A stretch of DNA of 64,000 nucleotides from Octopus sinensis (GCF_006345805.1 NC_043011.1:5456001-5520000); one strand, 5' to 3'; shown: positions 50,781-64,000, numbered from the stretch's first letter. Translations and numbers: made by a program. Notes: generated by a model not told the origin, from the letters alone.

Positions 50781-51446
50781 CCTACTCTATGTATGCTGTT
50801 GTGTAGAGAAACCTCTGTTCTGCCTGTTTTAATTGAACTTCTATTCTGAGAGAGGGACCATCGGGGACAAACCAGACAGTTCTTACACAAGTGTGTCCTT
50901 ACCTCCACAGCCTCTACAGTGCCATTATGCTGTGACCTTTTATTTCTCTGTTTCCTCTACATTCTCCTTCATAACCAGCTGATGCAGGGCCCTCGCTCAC
51001 TGGAATGTGTAAGGCGTAAGAGCCAGACTGCATTCTAGAATCTGTGTTGACGCTGCCTTCAAATAGACAAGACCTACGTATTCGTTTTCCCACCACACCA
51101 CTTACTACCTGACCTGAATGCATTCCAATTTGTAATCGCTCCAGTGCCCCCTGCTGGCAAAAATTAGTTGTGCCTGTATGTCAGAGTGCTAGCCTTGTCG
51201 CATTCCGTAACTACATTAAGGGTTCGTCTCTCTGTGGTGTACTCAGCCACTTGCATGTTAATGTCATGAACAGGCTCTTCCGTTGATCAGATCGACCGGA
51301 ATGTTCATCGTCATAACCGATGGAGAGCCTGAGCAGTTGGCTGATGATGAAACTGAAGTTATATGTTAGATAACTGCACAGTTGATTGTTTGATAACGAT
51401 GTAGTTAATTAATAATGCCGTAGTGTGTTGTGTGCTAACTAATTTA

Positions 51447-51653
51447 CTCTTTACTCAGTCATTTGACTGCGGCCATGCTGGAGCACCGCCTTTAATCGAG
51501 CAACTCGACCCCGGGACTTATTCTTTTGTATGTCCAGTACTTATTCTATCTGTCTCTTTTGCCGAACCGCTAAGTAACGGAGACATAAACACACCAGCAT
51601 CGGTTGTCAAGCAATGCTAGGGGACAAACACAGACACACAAACACACACACGC

Positions 51654-51722
<69 letters not shown>

Positions 51723-51909
51723 TATATATATATACACATATATACGACGGGCTTCTTTCAGTTTCTATCTACCAAATCCACTCACAAGGCATTGGTCGGC
51801 CCGGGGCTATAGCAGAAGACACTTGCCCAAGATGCCACGCAGTGGGACTGAACCCAGAACCATGTGGTTGGTAGACAAGCTACTTACCACACAGCCACTC
51901 CTGCACCTA
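51447..51909 (-). mobile_element. SINE family A (reverse)
   Basis: Reverse complement of the consensus. Confidence 0.9.
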
Positions 51910-51926
51910 TTGTGTATTTTAATATT

Positions 51927-52410
51927 TAATCCTTTTGATATCAACCTGCTTGATGCCACTCCTCTGTTCTATGATATAAACTTTTCATTTCAAAGTGACC
52001 TAAATTGTAGCCAATCAAAATTTCAAGTTAATTAATGTCAAAACACCAGCTGGGTTTCAGCTGGGTTGGTATCGAAAAGGTTAACCCTTTCCGATACCAA
52101 CCTGGCTGAAACCACTTCTGGTTCTGTTGTACAAATGTCTTATTTTCCTAAGTTTTGAACTAAAATCTTCCACCAAGCCTTAGTTACAATTTATATTCCT
52201 TACACCAGATTAAATTAAAACTAAGTTATTTTACAAAATTCTTAGTTATATTCAAAATTAATTGAAAGAAACACAGAACATCTCAAAATAAATACGATAA
52301 CAAAAGGGTCAATGATGACAAAGATATTTTACTAAATTCTCCATTACTGTCAAAATTAATTGAAACCATGTCCGTGCTTTTTAACACAGATAGGCTAACA
52401 AGCAGGTTAG
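51927..52410. mobile_element. TTAA/CCCTTT-ended (piggyBac-like) MITE copies; relatives at 30949-31170, 20099-20300 and 48893-49113
   Basis: ttaacccttt...aaagggtcaa-type termini and shared internal sequence. Confidence 0.5.
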
Positions 52411-52599
52411 AAGTATTCAGCATGTGTAATAGTAATGTGGTTATCAAACATGAAGTAGTTTGCAGTAACTAGTAGCCATATTTAAAAAATACTTCACCTA
52501 TAAGTCTGTAGTCGGTGGAGTGGAACAGTTCCATCATTCGTAGCTAATGGGCATTGATTGCTGTTTGCTGCCGTGGTTGCATATGTGGGTTTAGCTCAA

Positions 52600-53040
52600 C
52601 AGGTATCCCAGTGTATCACAGGCTGGGCCAGGTCGTCATTCTGCCACTGTGATGGTCAAACAATCTTCAAGAAAAGTAAGAAGTTTCCGATCGAGAAGGT
52701 GAGTCACAATCACCTTTTTGTGTGCACAATTTCTGCCTTTCTTTTGCTGGGCTCAAATCTCATTTGCGAACCCATGCAAAACAAAGTATTCTGCTGATAT
52801 GTATGTGCACACCTTTGAATGCAGTGTATACCAGAAGGTTTGCAAATCAAACGGAGGCCCAAAAAGACATTTTAAGATCCACAAAGATCTGAACTTACCT
52901 GCAGTTCTTGGTGGTCCAAATCGGATGTGATATCTATGATGGTGACTTTTCAGAATATTATCTGGTTTAAAAAGCCACATCAGATGCCAAGATGGTTCTA
53001 AGGTGTGGGTGTAGGTACAGGAGGGGGTCAAACTCTGCAT
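52600..53040 (+). mobile_element. Decayed C2H2-finger-like tail, probably the C-terminus of an RTE-type LINE
   Basis: FECSVYQKVCKSNGGPKRHFKIH and SGLKSHIRC fragments with frameshifts. Confidence 0.35.
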
Positions 53041-53056
53041 AAGGAGTAGACAACCA

Positions 53057-53125
<69 letters not shown>

Positions 53126-53199
53126 TATATATATACATACACACACACACACACACAACACACACACACACACACAACACACACACACACATATATATA

Positions 53200-53262
<63 letters not shown>

Positions 53263-53293
53263 TATATATATACATACACACACACACACACAC

Positions 53294-53339
<46 letters not shown>

Positions 53340-53359
53340 CATACACACACATGCATTCT

Positions 53360-53715
53360 TTTATTATTTTACTCATTTCAGTCTGGGGGTGTTTCACATC
53401 ACCACTCCTGTATATGCCTTTGGCCCAGCTATTGGCCCATTTGGTGTTTGAGGGAGTTTGATTCCACTGCCCTCGTCTGCACCCCATGTCTGGCTTTTCG
53501 TTCATCTGGTATTGTGTAGAAGGTATTATGTCTAGTTTCTTTTTGAAGACACCTACTTCCACTTTATGCAGAATTCTTCATTTTTGTGGCAGGGCCCTGA
53601 AGAGCTGTGGACCTTTGAACCCTAGACTATTGCAGTACCTGGTCCTAAATTCAGATGGAATCGATGGTACTTTTGGTACAATACAATGGCAGCCAGTTCT
53701 GGCATTTGCATAACA
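53360..53715 (-). mobile_element. CR1/L2-group LINE 3' end
   Basis: Minus-strand NSLGFKGPQLFRALP..VGVFKKKLD. Confidence 0.55.
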
Positions 53716-54357
53716 CTCAATTCTCTCCAAAACAAAACAAACACAATTGAATTTAATGAATAATATAATAATTACGAGAGAAATACATTATTTCCTAATT
53801 CAAAAGTTCATAAGACAAACACTACATACTCATTAATATATTTTTACCCTTACAAGCTATAATGTAAACTTAGCAGTAATTAATAAAAGCAATAAATTTA
53901 TTAAATAGGAACTAACAAAAGTATACTTGTAATTAACTATTATTATAAAACTTTGCTATGATTAAAGCTAAATTAAAACTGCTTAAAAGATAATAAAACT
54001 GCAAAGTGTTAACACTTACATGTTTTTTCAGACATGCAGTTCCATCACTTCCAGAACTTAAAAGACTATCTTAACTATATGTATATATATGTATGTATGT
54101 ATGTATGCATATATGTTCACTCTAATGAAGCTCCTTGTTTCAGATCGGTTTTATTACTAAATATGATATATGATTAATAATTTTACATAGTTTTGCATAT
54201 GAATATCAACACCATAAACATTGGAAACAGAAACAGCTGTTAGATGGGATGCAGTCTATTTGTATTGAATTAATGAATAATAATTGATGTAAGCCAATTG
54301 TTGTTCATCAGCACATTGCCATTTTCTGTTTTCTTTATATATATACATATATAATAT

Positions 54358-54400
<43 letters not shown>

Positions 54401-55346
54401 ATATATGTGGTGTGTGTGTGTGTATGTATGTATGTATATATACACGCACATATATATACATATGTATGTATGTGCATACATACATATGTCTGTATGTGTG
54501 CGTGTACACACACACACACATACACTCATGTATGTATGTTGCTCAGATCAACTAGAACCCTGTAATATTATTATTATTATTATTGAGCAATTAATGCTCA
54601 ATAAAGATGTGATGAATGCTTAATAGTGTTTTAGTCATGTTGCAATGTAATTTACTAGTAAACTTGGTAGTCAAGTTAGATGCTAACATAGTAATATGTA
54701 TAAGCTTTTACATCATACAAAAAAAACAGCTGACCTATTTAGAATTGGAAATAATAGGGTAGAAGCATCTTGACCTTCAGGAGTCCTTCATAATGTCTCG
54801 GTTGATTAAATGCAGTCAAGCATGGAAAGTTTTAATAAAGGCACTTGTTACCCATTTTTGAGTGGCTCCCCAAATACCAGTGGTTGATACAAATGGTTGA
54901 AGTTGAATCAACTGTACATCACTTGGTGTGTTGTAGGCACCTTTCAAAAAAAAAAAATAGAAAAGTAAATGGTATCAGTGCATATGTAATGACATAGGTT
55001 TATAGGCGCAGGGATGGTTGCAAAATTAAGAAATTCAGTTTGCGATCATATAGCTTCAGGTTCTGTTCTACTGTGTGGCATCTTGGGCATACGTTTTCTA
55101 TTATAGCCCTGAGCTAATTAACACACTTTGCAAATTTCTTTTTTCGCCATTTCGGTTCTTAATGGTTCTATAAGAAATATCGTTGCGGAGAAGCGATCCC
55201 AACCTCACTGCCTGCATTGCAGCCAGTTCTACATTGCACACACACTCTGCGAATCCCTCCCGCCCAAATTTATCCCCTACTAACGCTTCAGGTTTATCAC
55301 TTTAGATACATACATGCACGTCAACTGCAAAAATACTAAGGATCTT

Positions 55347-56124
55347 GGATCTTTTCCTTTTGAACGGCAATTTTCAACACAATTTCTAGTTAACTAAACA
55401 CTTTTAAACTTCGTATACTGGTAGAATGTGTCAAAATAAAACATTTTTTTCTCTTGGCTTTCTTGAGAAAATTGTAATTTGTAAGTTTAACGTAGTTCAA
55501 TTTTTCGAATTTTAACCAATTGATTGCCTCTATTGAACTAAAATCATTTGCTGCGTCTAAAACTGAGACAACATCCTGTCACTAAACCCAACCCTAAATT
55601 TTAGCCTTTCGTTTTTTTTTCTTAATTGCGAAATTAATTTAATTGTTACGCGTGTGTCTAAAATTATTCGATTTGTTTTTGTTTTGACGTTTTGGTTTAG
55701 TTTTTTTTTTTCTTAATTGTTATCCTTAAATTAATTTAACAATTAAGGGGAAAAAACGAAAGGCTAAAACGAAAGCAAAAACTCAAAACAAAAACAAAAC
55801 AAATAATTTTAAACACACGCATAACAATTAAATTAATTTCACAATTAAGAAAAAAAAACGAAAGGCTAAAATTTAGGGTTGGGTTTAGTGACAGGATGTT
55901 GTCTCAGTTTTAGACGCAGCAAATGATTTTAGCTCACTAGAGGGCATAGGATTGGTTAAAATTCGAAAAATTAAACTACGTTAAACTTACAAATTACAAT
56001 TTTCTCAAGAAAGCCAAGAGAAAAAAATGTTTTATTTTGACACATTCTACCAATATACGAAGTTTAAGAGTGTTTAGTTAACTAGAAATTGTGTTGAAAA
56101 CTGCCGTTCAAAAGGAAAAGATCC
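55347..56124. mobile_element. 778-bp foldback MITE with very long TIRs and an 8-bp TSD
   Basis: TSD AGGATCTT at 55339-55346 and 56125-56132; termini GGATCTTTTCCTTTTGAACGGCA; arms of about 350 bp are almost perfectly inverted. Confidence 0.9.
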
Positions 56125-56371
56125 AGGATCTTTGAAAAATATCAGTGATGCGACAAACAAGTTTTCATGTGCGCTTGCTTGCGCACGCACACGCACAGAC
56201 AGGTCAAAATATTTCGTATATTCAAAATACTTTTCGCTTTTAGGTAGCAAGGGAAACAACCCTGGACTTTAAATTTATTAAAACCAATTAAACGAAAAAA
56301 ACAGAATTATTTCCCTTGTAACTAAAACGTTTTCTAGGGCTTAATTTTGTGTTCTTTTTTTTTTTTCAAAG

Positions 56372-56475
56372 CGTTCAGCCACCGTTGTGGAAATTTGGGA
56401 TTTGTCACCGACAGTGAAGGGATTGAAACTACACGCAGAATGGCACAAGAGAAAATCTTTTAAAGCCGGTCAATG
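56372..56475 (+). CDS. OXNAD1: OXNAD1-like FAD-binding (FNR-type) domain exon (RSATVVEIWDLSPTVKGLKLHAEWHKRKSFKAGQ-W)
   Basis: T-rich acceptor ending aaag at 56371, donor gtgagt at 56476; SPTVKGLKL...SFKAGQW matches the OXNAD1 pattern SPSVKSLRL...SFKAGQW as I recall it. Confidence 0.88.
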
Positions 56476-56858
56476 GTGAGTTAGAAGCCGTCGTTGTTGT
56501 TCTTCTTTAACTGTTTATAAATTCCGATCGATTTAAATCTATAATCAGAGAAATGCTTTTTACTACAGGGACAAGTGTCTGAAATTTTGGGGAACAACAT
56601 CGCTTTCAGTGCTCGGTCCCGATAGGATGAAAGGAAAAGTCTGCATCAGCGCCATTTGAACTCACGACATAGAATTGGACGAAATGCCGTGAAGCATTTT
56701 GCCCGCTGCCATAGCAATTCTGCCAGCGCACCATCTTGGAGGAATTAGAAATATGGAAGACTTCACTATCTAATTATGTAATTTCCATTTTTGAACAGAG
56801 TAGGGTGTGTACGAATGTATTTATGTATGTGTGTGTATATGTGTACGTGTGTGTGTGT

Positions 56859-57635
56859 ATGAATGAATGAATGAAGGAAGGAATGAATGAATGAAGGAAT
56901 GGATGGATGAATGAATGAATATATGAATGAATGAATATATGAATGAATGAATGAATGAAGGAATGGATGAATGTATGAATGAATGAATGAATGAAGGAAT
57001 GGATGAATGTATGAATGAAGGAATGAATGTATGAATGAATGAATGAATGAATGTATGAATGAATGAATGAATGTATGAATGAATGAATGAATGAATGGAT
57101 GAATGAATGAAGGAAGGAAGGAAGGAATGGATGTATGAATGAATGAAGGAATGAAAGAATGGATGAATGAATGAATGATGAATGAATGAATGAATGGATG
57201 AAGGAATGAATGAATGAAGGAATGGATGAATGAATGTGTGAATGAAGGAATGAATGTATGGATGAATGAATGAATGTATGAATGAATGAAAGAATGAATG
57301 AAAGAATGAATGTATGAATGAATGAATGAATGAATGAATGAATGTGTGTATGTATGAATGAATGAATGAAGGAAGGAATGAATGGATGTATGAATGAATG
57401 GATGAATGAATGAATGAAGGAAGGAATGGATGAATGAATGAATGAATGTATGAATGAATGAAGGAATGAATGAATGTATGGATGAATGAATGTATGAATG
57501 AATGTATGAATGAATGAATGTATGAATGAATGTATGAAGGAATGAATGAATGAAGGAATGAATGAAGGAATGAATGAGTGTATGAATGAATGTATGGATG
57601 AATGTATGAATGAATGAATGAAGGAATGGATGGAT
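56859..57635. repeat. (TGAA)n array with GGAA/TGGA/TGTA variants
   Basis: Direct observation. Confidence 0.95.
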
Positions 57636-58107
57636 TAATGATTTTTCTGTGAGTTTAATTTAAGTTCTTCATAGAGTTCAAGCCGGTTGTTAACAAAGCA
57701 ACAGGACTTTTTGAGTTAAGATGTCTGCATTCATATACGTGTGTGTGTGTGTGTGCTGCTTTGTTTTGATAGCACGTGATGCTTGTAAGCGAGTGTCACC
57801 GCCATACAAGTGGTATCATCCATCTGCATATTTCCATGGAAATATGGCAAGATATTCCAGGCCGTAGAAGATCTGTCTCTATAAATTCCGTCGGATTCAT
57901 GCATGCATGATAGAGTGGACGTTAAAAATCGATGATGATGATGATGGTGGCGGTCTGGATTTTTATATCTTCATTCTTTATCATTTAGTTGTTTAAGTTA
58001 GACTGCGGCCATGCTGGGGCACCACCTTGAAGAATTTTAGTTGAATGACTTTCATATATATATATGCTAGCATGGAGAACGGACGTTAAACGACGATGAT
58101 GATGATG

Positions 58108-58153
<46 letters not shown>

Positions 58154-59002
58154 GTATGTATATGTATATATATATATACTCAAAATAAGGAACAAGGATA
58201 TCCAGAGGTAATGCAGTAGGATCGTTTCATGCAACTCCATTTAATTGAACAATGCAATCATTACATCAATATAAAATGTAGAGCAATCTTCAGCTGCACA
58301 AGGACATAGAATTTAATTAAATTAGAACAGATGGACACATTAGTATATTTATACCTAAAATCTCCAATAACCCTAACTCTAAAAACCTGACCTTCAATAT
58401 AAACTTAACAGGAAGTTTCCCCAGAAATCCTGCACTTTACCTGTTATTTCTAGCATGTCCAAGGTGACATTTGCACCCCCACCTTATTTTTTCCTAACTT
58501 TCTTCCGATTCCTATGTTTTTGATACAGGAGATTAGGATATCACCCCCAAAACATGTTCTCAATATTTTAATTTTCTCCCTCCCCACTCCAATTTCTTCA
58601 TTTTTACTTTTTTCCTCAGATTTTTTTCTTGGTAATCCACGGAGAAAAAAACAGAGAGTACAAATTGTTAAGAATTTTCTTCTCCCTTTTTTCTTAAAGA
58701 AACTCTGAAATCTGCTTCCCAAATATCCACCCATCACCTCACCACTTTCTAAAAGCTACAAACTCCCAACATTTTACTTTTAGCTTTTTGGAAAGAGGGG
58801 AAGTTTCTTCAGAAATACTGTCATTTACCTGTTGTTTCTAGCATGTCCGGTTTTCTGGTGGTGGTCTGATATTTTTTACATCTGCTATTTCAGTTCAATT
58901 CTACACATGTGTGAAGCATCAGATGAAAGTGAAACATCGGGAAGTTTTAGCTTTTTGAAAGTAGGTAGGTGATGGGTGGGCGAGTGTTTCTTTAAAAAGA
59001 TT

Positions 59003-59220
59003 ACTCTTTACTCTTTACTCTTTTACTTGTTTCAGTCATTTGACTGCGGCCATGCTGGAGTACTGCCTTTAATCGAGCAACTCGACCCCGGGACTTATTC
59101 TTTTTGTAAGCCCAGTACTTATTCTATCGGTCTCTTTTGTCGAACTGCTAAGTAACGGGGACATAAACACACCAGCATCAGTTGTCAAGCAATGCTAGGG
59201 GGACAAACACGGACACACAA

Positions 59221-59251
<31 letters not shown>

Positions 59252-59415
59252 CATATATACGACGGGCTTCTTTCAGTTTCCATCTACCAAATCCACTCAA
59301 CAAGGCTTTGATCGGCCCGAGGCTATAGTAGAAGACACTTGCCCAAGGTGTCACGCAGTGGGACTGAACCCAGAACCATGTGGTTGGTAAACAAGCTACT
59401 TACCACACAGCCACT
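59003..59415 (-). mobile_element. SINE family A (reverse)
   Basis: Reverse complement of the consensus. Confidence 0.9.
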
Positions 59416-59964
59416 TCCCAGATTCGTAATCTCTATTTTTCTATGTGGATAAAAAAGAAAATATCGAAAAAAGTTAGAAATTAAGAAATTGCAGTGGGAA
59501 TGGTGGGAAAATTAAAATTTTGAAAATGTGATTTCTGGGCAAAATCATATTAACCCCTTTTATACGATGAAACAATACATAGAACAAAAAGCACTTTCAT
59601 ACACACCCATGCAGATTGTAATCTCCTCACTTCACTTTTAAACAAACAATAACTTCCATTACACCAGTAATCCAGTTCATTATATACCAGCTGTGCAGAT
59701 TCTGCCCATAAGAAAGGAAGAAATAATAAATGTGGCTGTAGATCATAACACCCGGGCAACGCCAGGATGCATTGTTTGTGTGTGCGTGTGTGTATGCTAC
59801 GAGTACATGTGGTAACTATTGAAATGTTTTTATTTTTTATTCCCTTTGAAATTACTCTTATCTACGGTTTTAGATTTTAACCGCCCTTTTCAGCATGTAA
59901 GGTGTCCTGTTAGGGTCACCTCTTTTGTGTATAGAAATGCACACTAATTTATATGAAACATATA

Positions 59965-61180
59965 TCATCATCATCGTCATCATCGTTTAACGTCTGCTTT
60001 CGATGCTAGCATGGGTTGGACGATTTGACCAGATGGCTGCACTGTATTCCAATCTGATCTGGCAGAGTTATTGCAGCCGGATGCCCTTCCTAACGCCAAC
60101 CACTCTGAGAGTGTAGTGGGTGCTTTTCCCACTAGGCCAGTCAGGCAGTACTGGCAACAGACACGCTCAAATGTTTTTTCACGTGCCACCAGCACAAGTG
60201 CCAGTAAGGCGACGCAGGAAGCAATCACACTTGAATGGTGCTTTTTACGTGCCATCGGCACGGAGGCCAGCTTCTTGCTCTGGCAACGATCATGCACGTA
60301 TGATGCTCTTAGCGCTCCACTAGCACAGATGCCAGTCATCCAATTTGATTTCGATTTCACTTGCCTCAACAGGTCTTCGCAAGCAAAGTTTAGTGTCCAA
60401 TGAAGGAAAGGTATGTATAATTGGGCTGGTTACACTCCTGGCATAGGCCACAAGGTTATGGTCTCACTTGGCTTGCAGGGTCTTCTCAAGCACAGCATAT
60501 TCCCAAAGGTCCCAGTCACTAGTCATTGCCTTGTTGAGGCCCAGTGTTCAAAGGTCATGCTTCACCACCTCATTCCAGGTCTTCCTGGGTGTACCTCTTC
60601 CACAGGTTCCCTCAACCGCTAGGGTGTGGCACTTTTTCACACAGCTATCCACATCCATTCTCGCCACATGGCCATACCAGCGCATTCGTCTCTCTTGCAC
60701 ACTACACCTGATGCTTCTTAGGTCCAACCTTTCTCTCAAGGCATTTACACTCTGTCAAGTATGCATACTGACATTACACATCCATCGGATCATACTGGCT
60801 TCATTCCTTGTGAGCTTACGCATGTCCTCAGCAGTCACAGCCCATGTTTCACTGCCATGTAGCATGGCTGATCATACACATGTGTCATACAGTCTGCCTT
60901 TTGTTCTGAGCGAGAGGCCTTTTGTAACCAGCAGAGGTAAGAGCTCTCTGAACTTTGCCCAGGCTATTCTTATTCTAGCAGCTACACTTTCAGTGCACCC
61001 TCCCCAGCTACTGACTTGGTCACCTAGGTAATGGAAGCTATCAACTACTTCTAGTTTTTCTCCCTGGAATGTGGCGGAAGTTGTTCTCTGCACATTTTCA
61101 GTGTTTATTGCTCCTGAGCATCTGCCACATACAAAAACTATCTTCCCAGTTAGCCTTCCTTTGATGTTGCTGCACCTCTA
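59965..61180 (-). mobile_element. RTE-clade LINE 3' fragment, same family as 10488
   Basis: EKLEVVDSFHYLGDQVS...RIRIAWAKFRELLPLL...RRMRWYGHVARM...GRGTPRKTW. Confidence 0.9.
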
Positions 61181-61252
<72 letters not shown>

Positions 61253-61334
61253 CCTTACTGTAAGGTATCATTTGTTGTAAGAAAAAATAAACATGTCTTA
61301 TTTAAAGGATGTTTCCCTTTTTTTTTTAATCCAG

Positions 61335-61476
61335 GGTGCACACCAATATTCCAAGTATCAATCGCTTAGGAGGCTATACCCTTTGCAACAGCCCTTTGGA
61401 ATTCTCTAAAACAGGCATCCTTCAGTTGGCTGTAAAATACAGTGATCATGCTCCAACACTTTGGTTTCATGAAAAG
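61335..61476 (+). CDS. OXNAD1: OXNAD1-like exon (WVHTNIPSINRLGGYTLCNSPLEFSKTGILQLAVKYSDHAPTLWFHEK); gene continues past the window
   Basis: Acceptor ttaatccag at 61334, donor gtattt at 61477; phase 2 join completes W; aligns by eye with OXNAD1 WVDFFIPG..GGFSICSSP..IELAVKY..HPPALWVH. Confidence 0.9.
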
Positions 61477-61494
61477 GTATTTGATTAAAGAAAC

Positions 61495-61548
<54 letters not shown>

Positions 61549-61560
61549 TACTACTACTAT

Positions 61561-61595
<35 letters not shown>

Positions 61596-61599
61596 TTAT

Positions 61600-62715
61600 T
61601 ATTATTATTTTTTTCTTCTTCTTTCAAATTTGCTTCCATTTCTTGCCGAGTGTCTTCTCGACTCCTAGGGCAAAGAAACTCATAGTATACATTGGTAGGC
61701 CATTAAACCAAACTTAATAGTTCGTTCATTTAAAAAAATTTTTTTTTTAAAGTTAAATTAAAATACATGGGTAGTAATAGTTCTCACAGCGACAATGCTC
61801 TTCTCAATACGTGTGATGTACCAGTTAAGACAATCTTTTGCACTCCTTGCAGGGATGGTAAGCCAGGGATCATTCTCATATAATCTTCGGTTCCCTTCTT
61901 GATCATTCCTAGTGCTCCTACGATCACTGGTATTGTAACCGTCTTGAGATGCCACATTTTCTCAATTTCAATGAGTAGGACTTTATATTTTCTGAGCTTG
62001 TCAAATTCTTTCGCCGAGATATTATGATCACAGGGGATGCTCATGTCGATCAATAAGCAAACTTTATTGTTTTGGTCTTTCACAACAATATCCGGTTTAT
62101 TGGCTTTGATGGTTTGGTCTGTATGTACTGGAATATTATTATTATTATTATTATTATTATTATGAATAATAATATTATTATTATTATTATTATTCAGTAG
62201 TCTTATTATTATCATGGGCTTTCACTACACTACTGAGTGCCGCTCTGTGTGCTTTGGGTATGTGCTGTGGTCTGTTGTGGTGCTCTTATTTTTACTGTAT
62301 TGAAAGTGTTTTATGTAAGATGTGTGCGACGCCTGGTAGTGCTATTTTCTGTATGTTGTATATACTTGTAAGTCCTGGTGTTTTTGTTATGCCTTTGTCT
62401 GAATGTTTTTTTTATCATACCTAATGTGCCTACTATAATAGTAATTGTTTCAGTTTTTAGGCTCCACATTCGAGTTACCTCTATTTCCAGGTCTTTGTAT
62501 TTTGAAAGTTTCTTTGTTTCTTTTAGAGAAACATTGCCATTTGTTGGTATTGATACATCAATTAGAAAGCATTTTCTTTCTTGGTGATCTCTGACAACTA
62601 TATCCGGTCTATTAGCCTTAATTTGTCTATCTGTGTGTATTGGCATATCCCAGAGTATGGTTGCTTTCTCATTTTCTGAAACTTTTTCTGGCATCTGCTT
62701 ATACCATTTTTTTCT
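61600..62715 (-). mobile_element. Two R4/Dong-clade LINE 3' fragments (RLE domain) in (TAA)n tracts: about 61600-62133 and 62215-62715
   Basis: TD..IKAN(K/R)PDIVV.D...C.LID.SIP...K.KY..L.IE...MW.LKT..I..IVG.LG, the PD-(D/E)xK restriction-like endonuclease; flanked by AAT repeats. Confidence 0.88.
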
Positions 62716-62818
62716 GTTGTTGTTGTTGTTATTTTAATTGTTGTCACTATTATTATTATTATTGTTGTTGTTGTTATTATTATTATTATTGATATCATTA
62801 TTATTATTATTATTATTA

Positions 62819-62854
<36 letters not shown>

Positions 62855-63299
62855 GCAGAATTGTTAGCATGCTGGATGAAATGCTTAGCGCTATTTTGCC
62901 TGTCACTGCGCTCTGAGTTCAAGTTCCGCCGAGGTCAACTTTACCTTTCAACCTTTCAGGGTCGGCAAATTAAAGCACCAGTGAAACACTAGGGTCAATG
63001 TAATCAAACTGCTGCCCTTGTGGCAAAATTTGAGACTATTATTATCATCATCATCATCATTATTATTACTGGATAAAATAATAAATAGTGGAAAAAGAAA
63101 AACTGTGGGCCAGCTGAATTTTTTTATCAAGTATCTGTCTACATATTATGGGTCTGAACAGATGGGTTTTTTACCATTTAGTTTAGGAATGAGTTACAGA
63201 GCCTATGATCCTTAATTTTTTCCAAAGACTCTAAGACTGATAAAAGGAAAGGGGGACAATAACCTCCTTTCTTAAACCATTTCCAGAATTGTCAGACCG

Positions 63300-63935
63300 A
63301 GACCTATGGAAGTATGCTGTGCGTGAGAAGACTCGGCAGGACAAGTGAGACCATAACCCATGGCCTCTCTACCAGGGATGTAGCCAGTCGACTTATGCAT
63401 GCCTTTCCTTCTTGGGACACAAAACTTCACTTGTGAAGACCCGTTGAGGCAAGTGGAAATCGAAATCAAAATCAAATGAAATGAAATCAAATCAGAAATC
63501 AGAACCAAAATCGAAGTCGATCAACATCAGTGGAAATTGCAGCTGCGATACCAGTGCCAGTGACACATAAGCGTACCATCTGATAGTGTCCGTGGCCAGC
63601 GCCATCCCGACTGGCCACCGTGCCAGTGGCACGTAAAAAGCACCATCCGATCATGGCCGTTGCCAGCCTTGCCTGGCCCCCATGCCGGCGGCACGTAAAA
63701 AGCACCATCCATCCGTGGCCGTTTACCAGCCCCGTCTGGCACCTGTGCGGGTGGCACATAAAAAGCACCCACTACACTCACGGAGTGGTTGGCGTTAGGA
63801 AGGGCATCCAGCCGTAGAAACACTGCCAGATCAGACTGGGCCTGGTGCAGCCTTCAGGCTTCCCAGACCCCAGTTGAACCGTCCAACCCATGCTAGCATG
63901 GAAAGCGGACGCTAAATGATGATGATGATGATGAT
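63300..63935 (+). mobile_element. RTE 3' UTR fragment with tandem units and a (GAT)n tail
   Basis: Same tail consensus; other copies at 31930-32335, 33540-33790, 38110-38630 (-), 39265-39520, 39550-39930 (-) and 46690-46925 (-). Confidence 0.85.
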
Positions 63936-64000
63936 AGGGGCTTGTGTGCGTGTGTGTGTGTGTGTGACTGTGTCAGGTATTTATTCTATCAATCTCTTTT

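Noticed and set aside
49761-50908. Longest ORFs in the track (215-360 aa, MHAY/CMYV-rich)
   Set aside because: Translations of tetranucleotide microsatellite.
51341-51356. CTGATGATGAAAC hammerhead-like string
   Set aside because: No room for stem II and no stem I or III pairing.

Overview
AT-rich, repeat-saturated eukaryotic DNA; the SINE, RTE and microsatellite repertoire strongly resembles an octopus/coleoid cephalopod genome (inference). Nearly all ORF-track entries are microsatellite or transposon artefacts. Manual splicing recovers two + strand host genes. (1) A complete 3-coding-exon CISD3/MiNT-like gene with two CDGSH [2Fe-2S] motifs (4942-5040, 10080-10170, 17604-17833; 139 aa), an acidic N-terminus and an extra C-terminal CxxCxxC tail. 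(2) The first three coding exons of an OXNAD1-like FNR-family FAD/NAD oxidoreductase (47802-47825, 56372-56475, 61335-61476), which continues beyond the window. The rest is tRNA-SINEs, LINE remnants (RTE, CR1/L2, R4/Dong, Tx1), Penelope-like elements, Helitron/Helentron pieces, mariner/hAT/Merlin/piggyBac-like MITEs and many hairpins. The most notable signals are an apparently intact type I hammerhead ribozyme (31616-31662), a tRNA-headed element with a Penelope-type hammerhead tail and inverted junctions (20575-21063, 45342-45610), and the tandem NEET-protein/flavin-reductase pair, both apparently lacking mitochondrial presequences.
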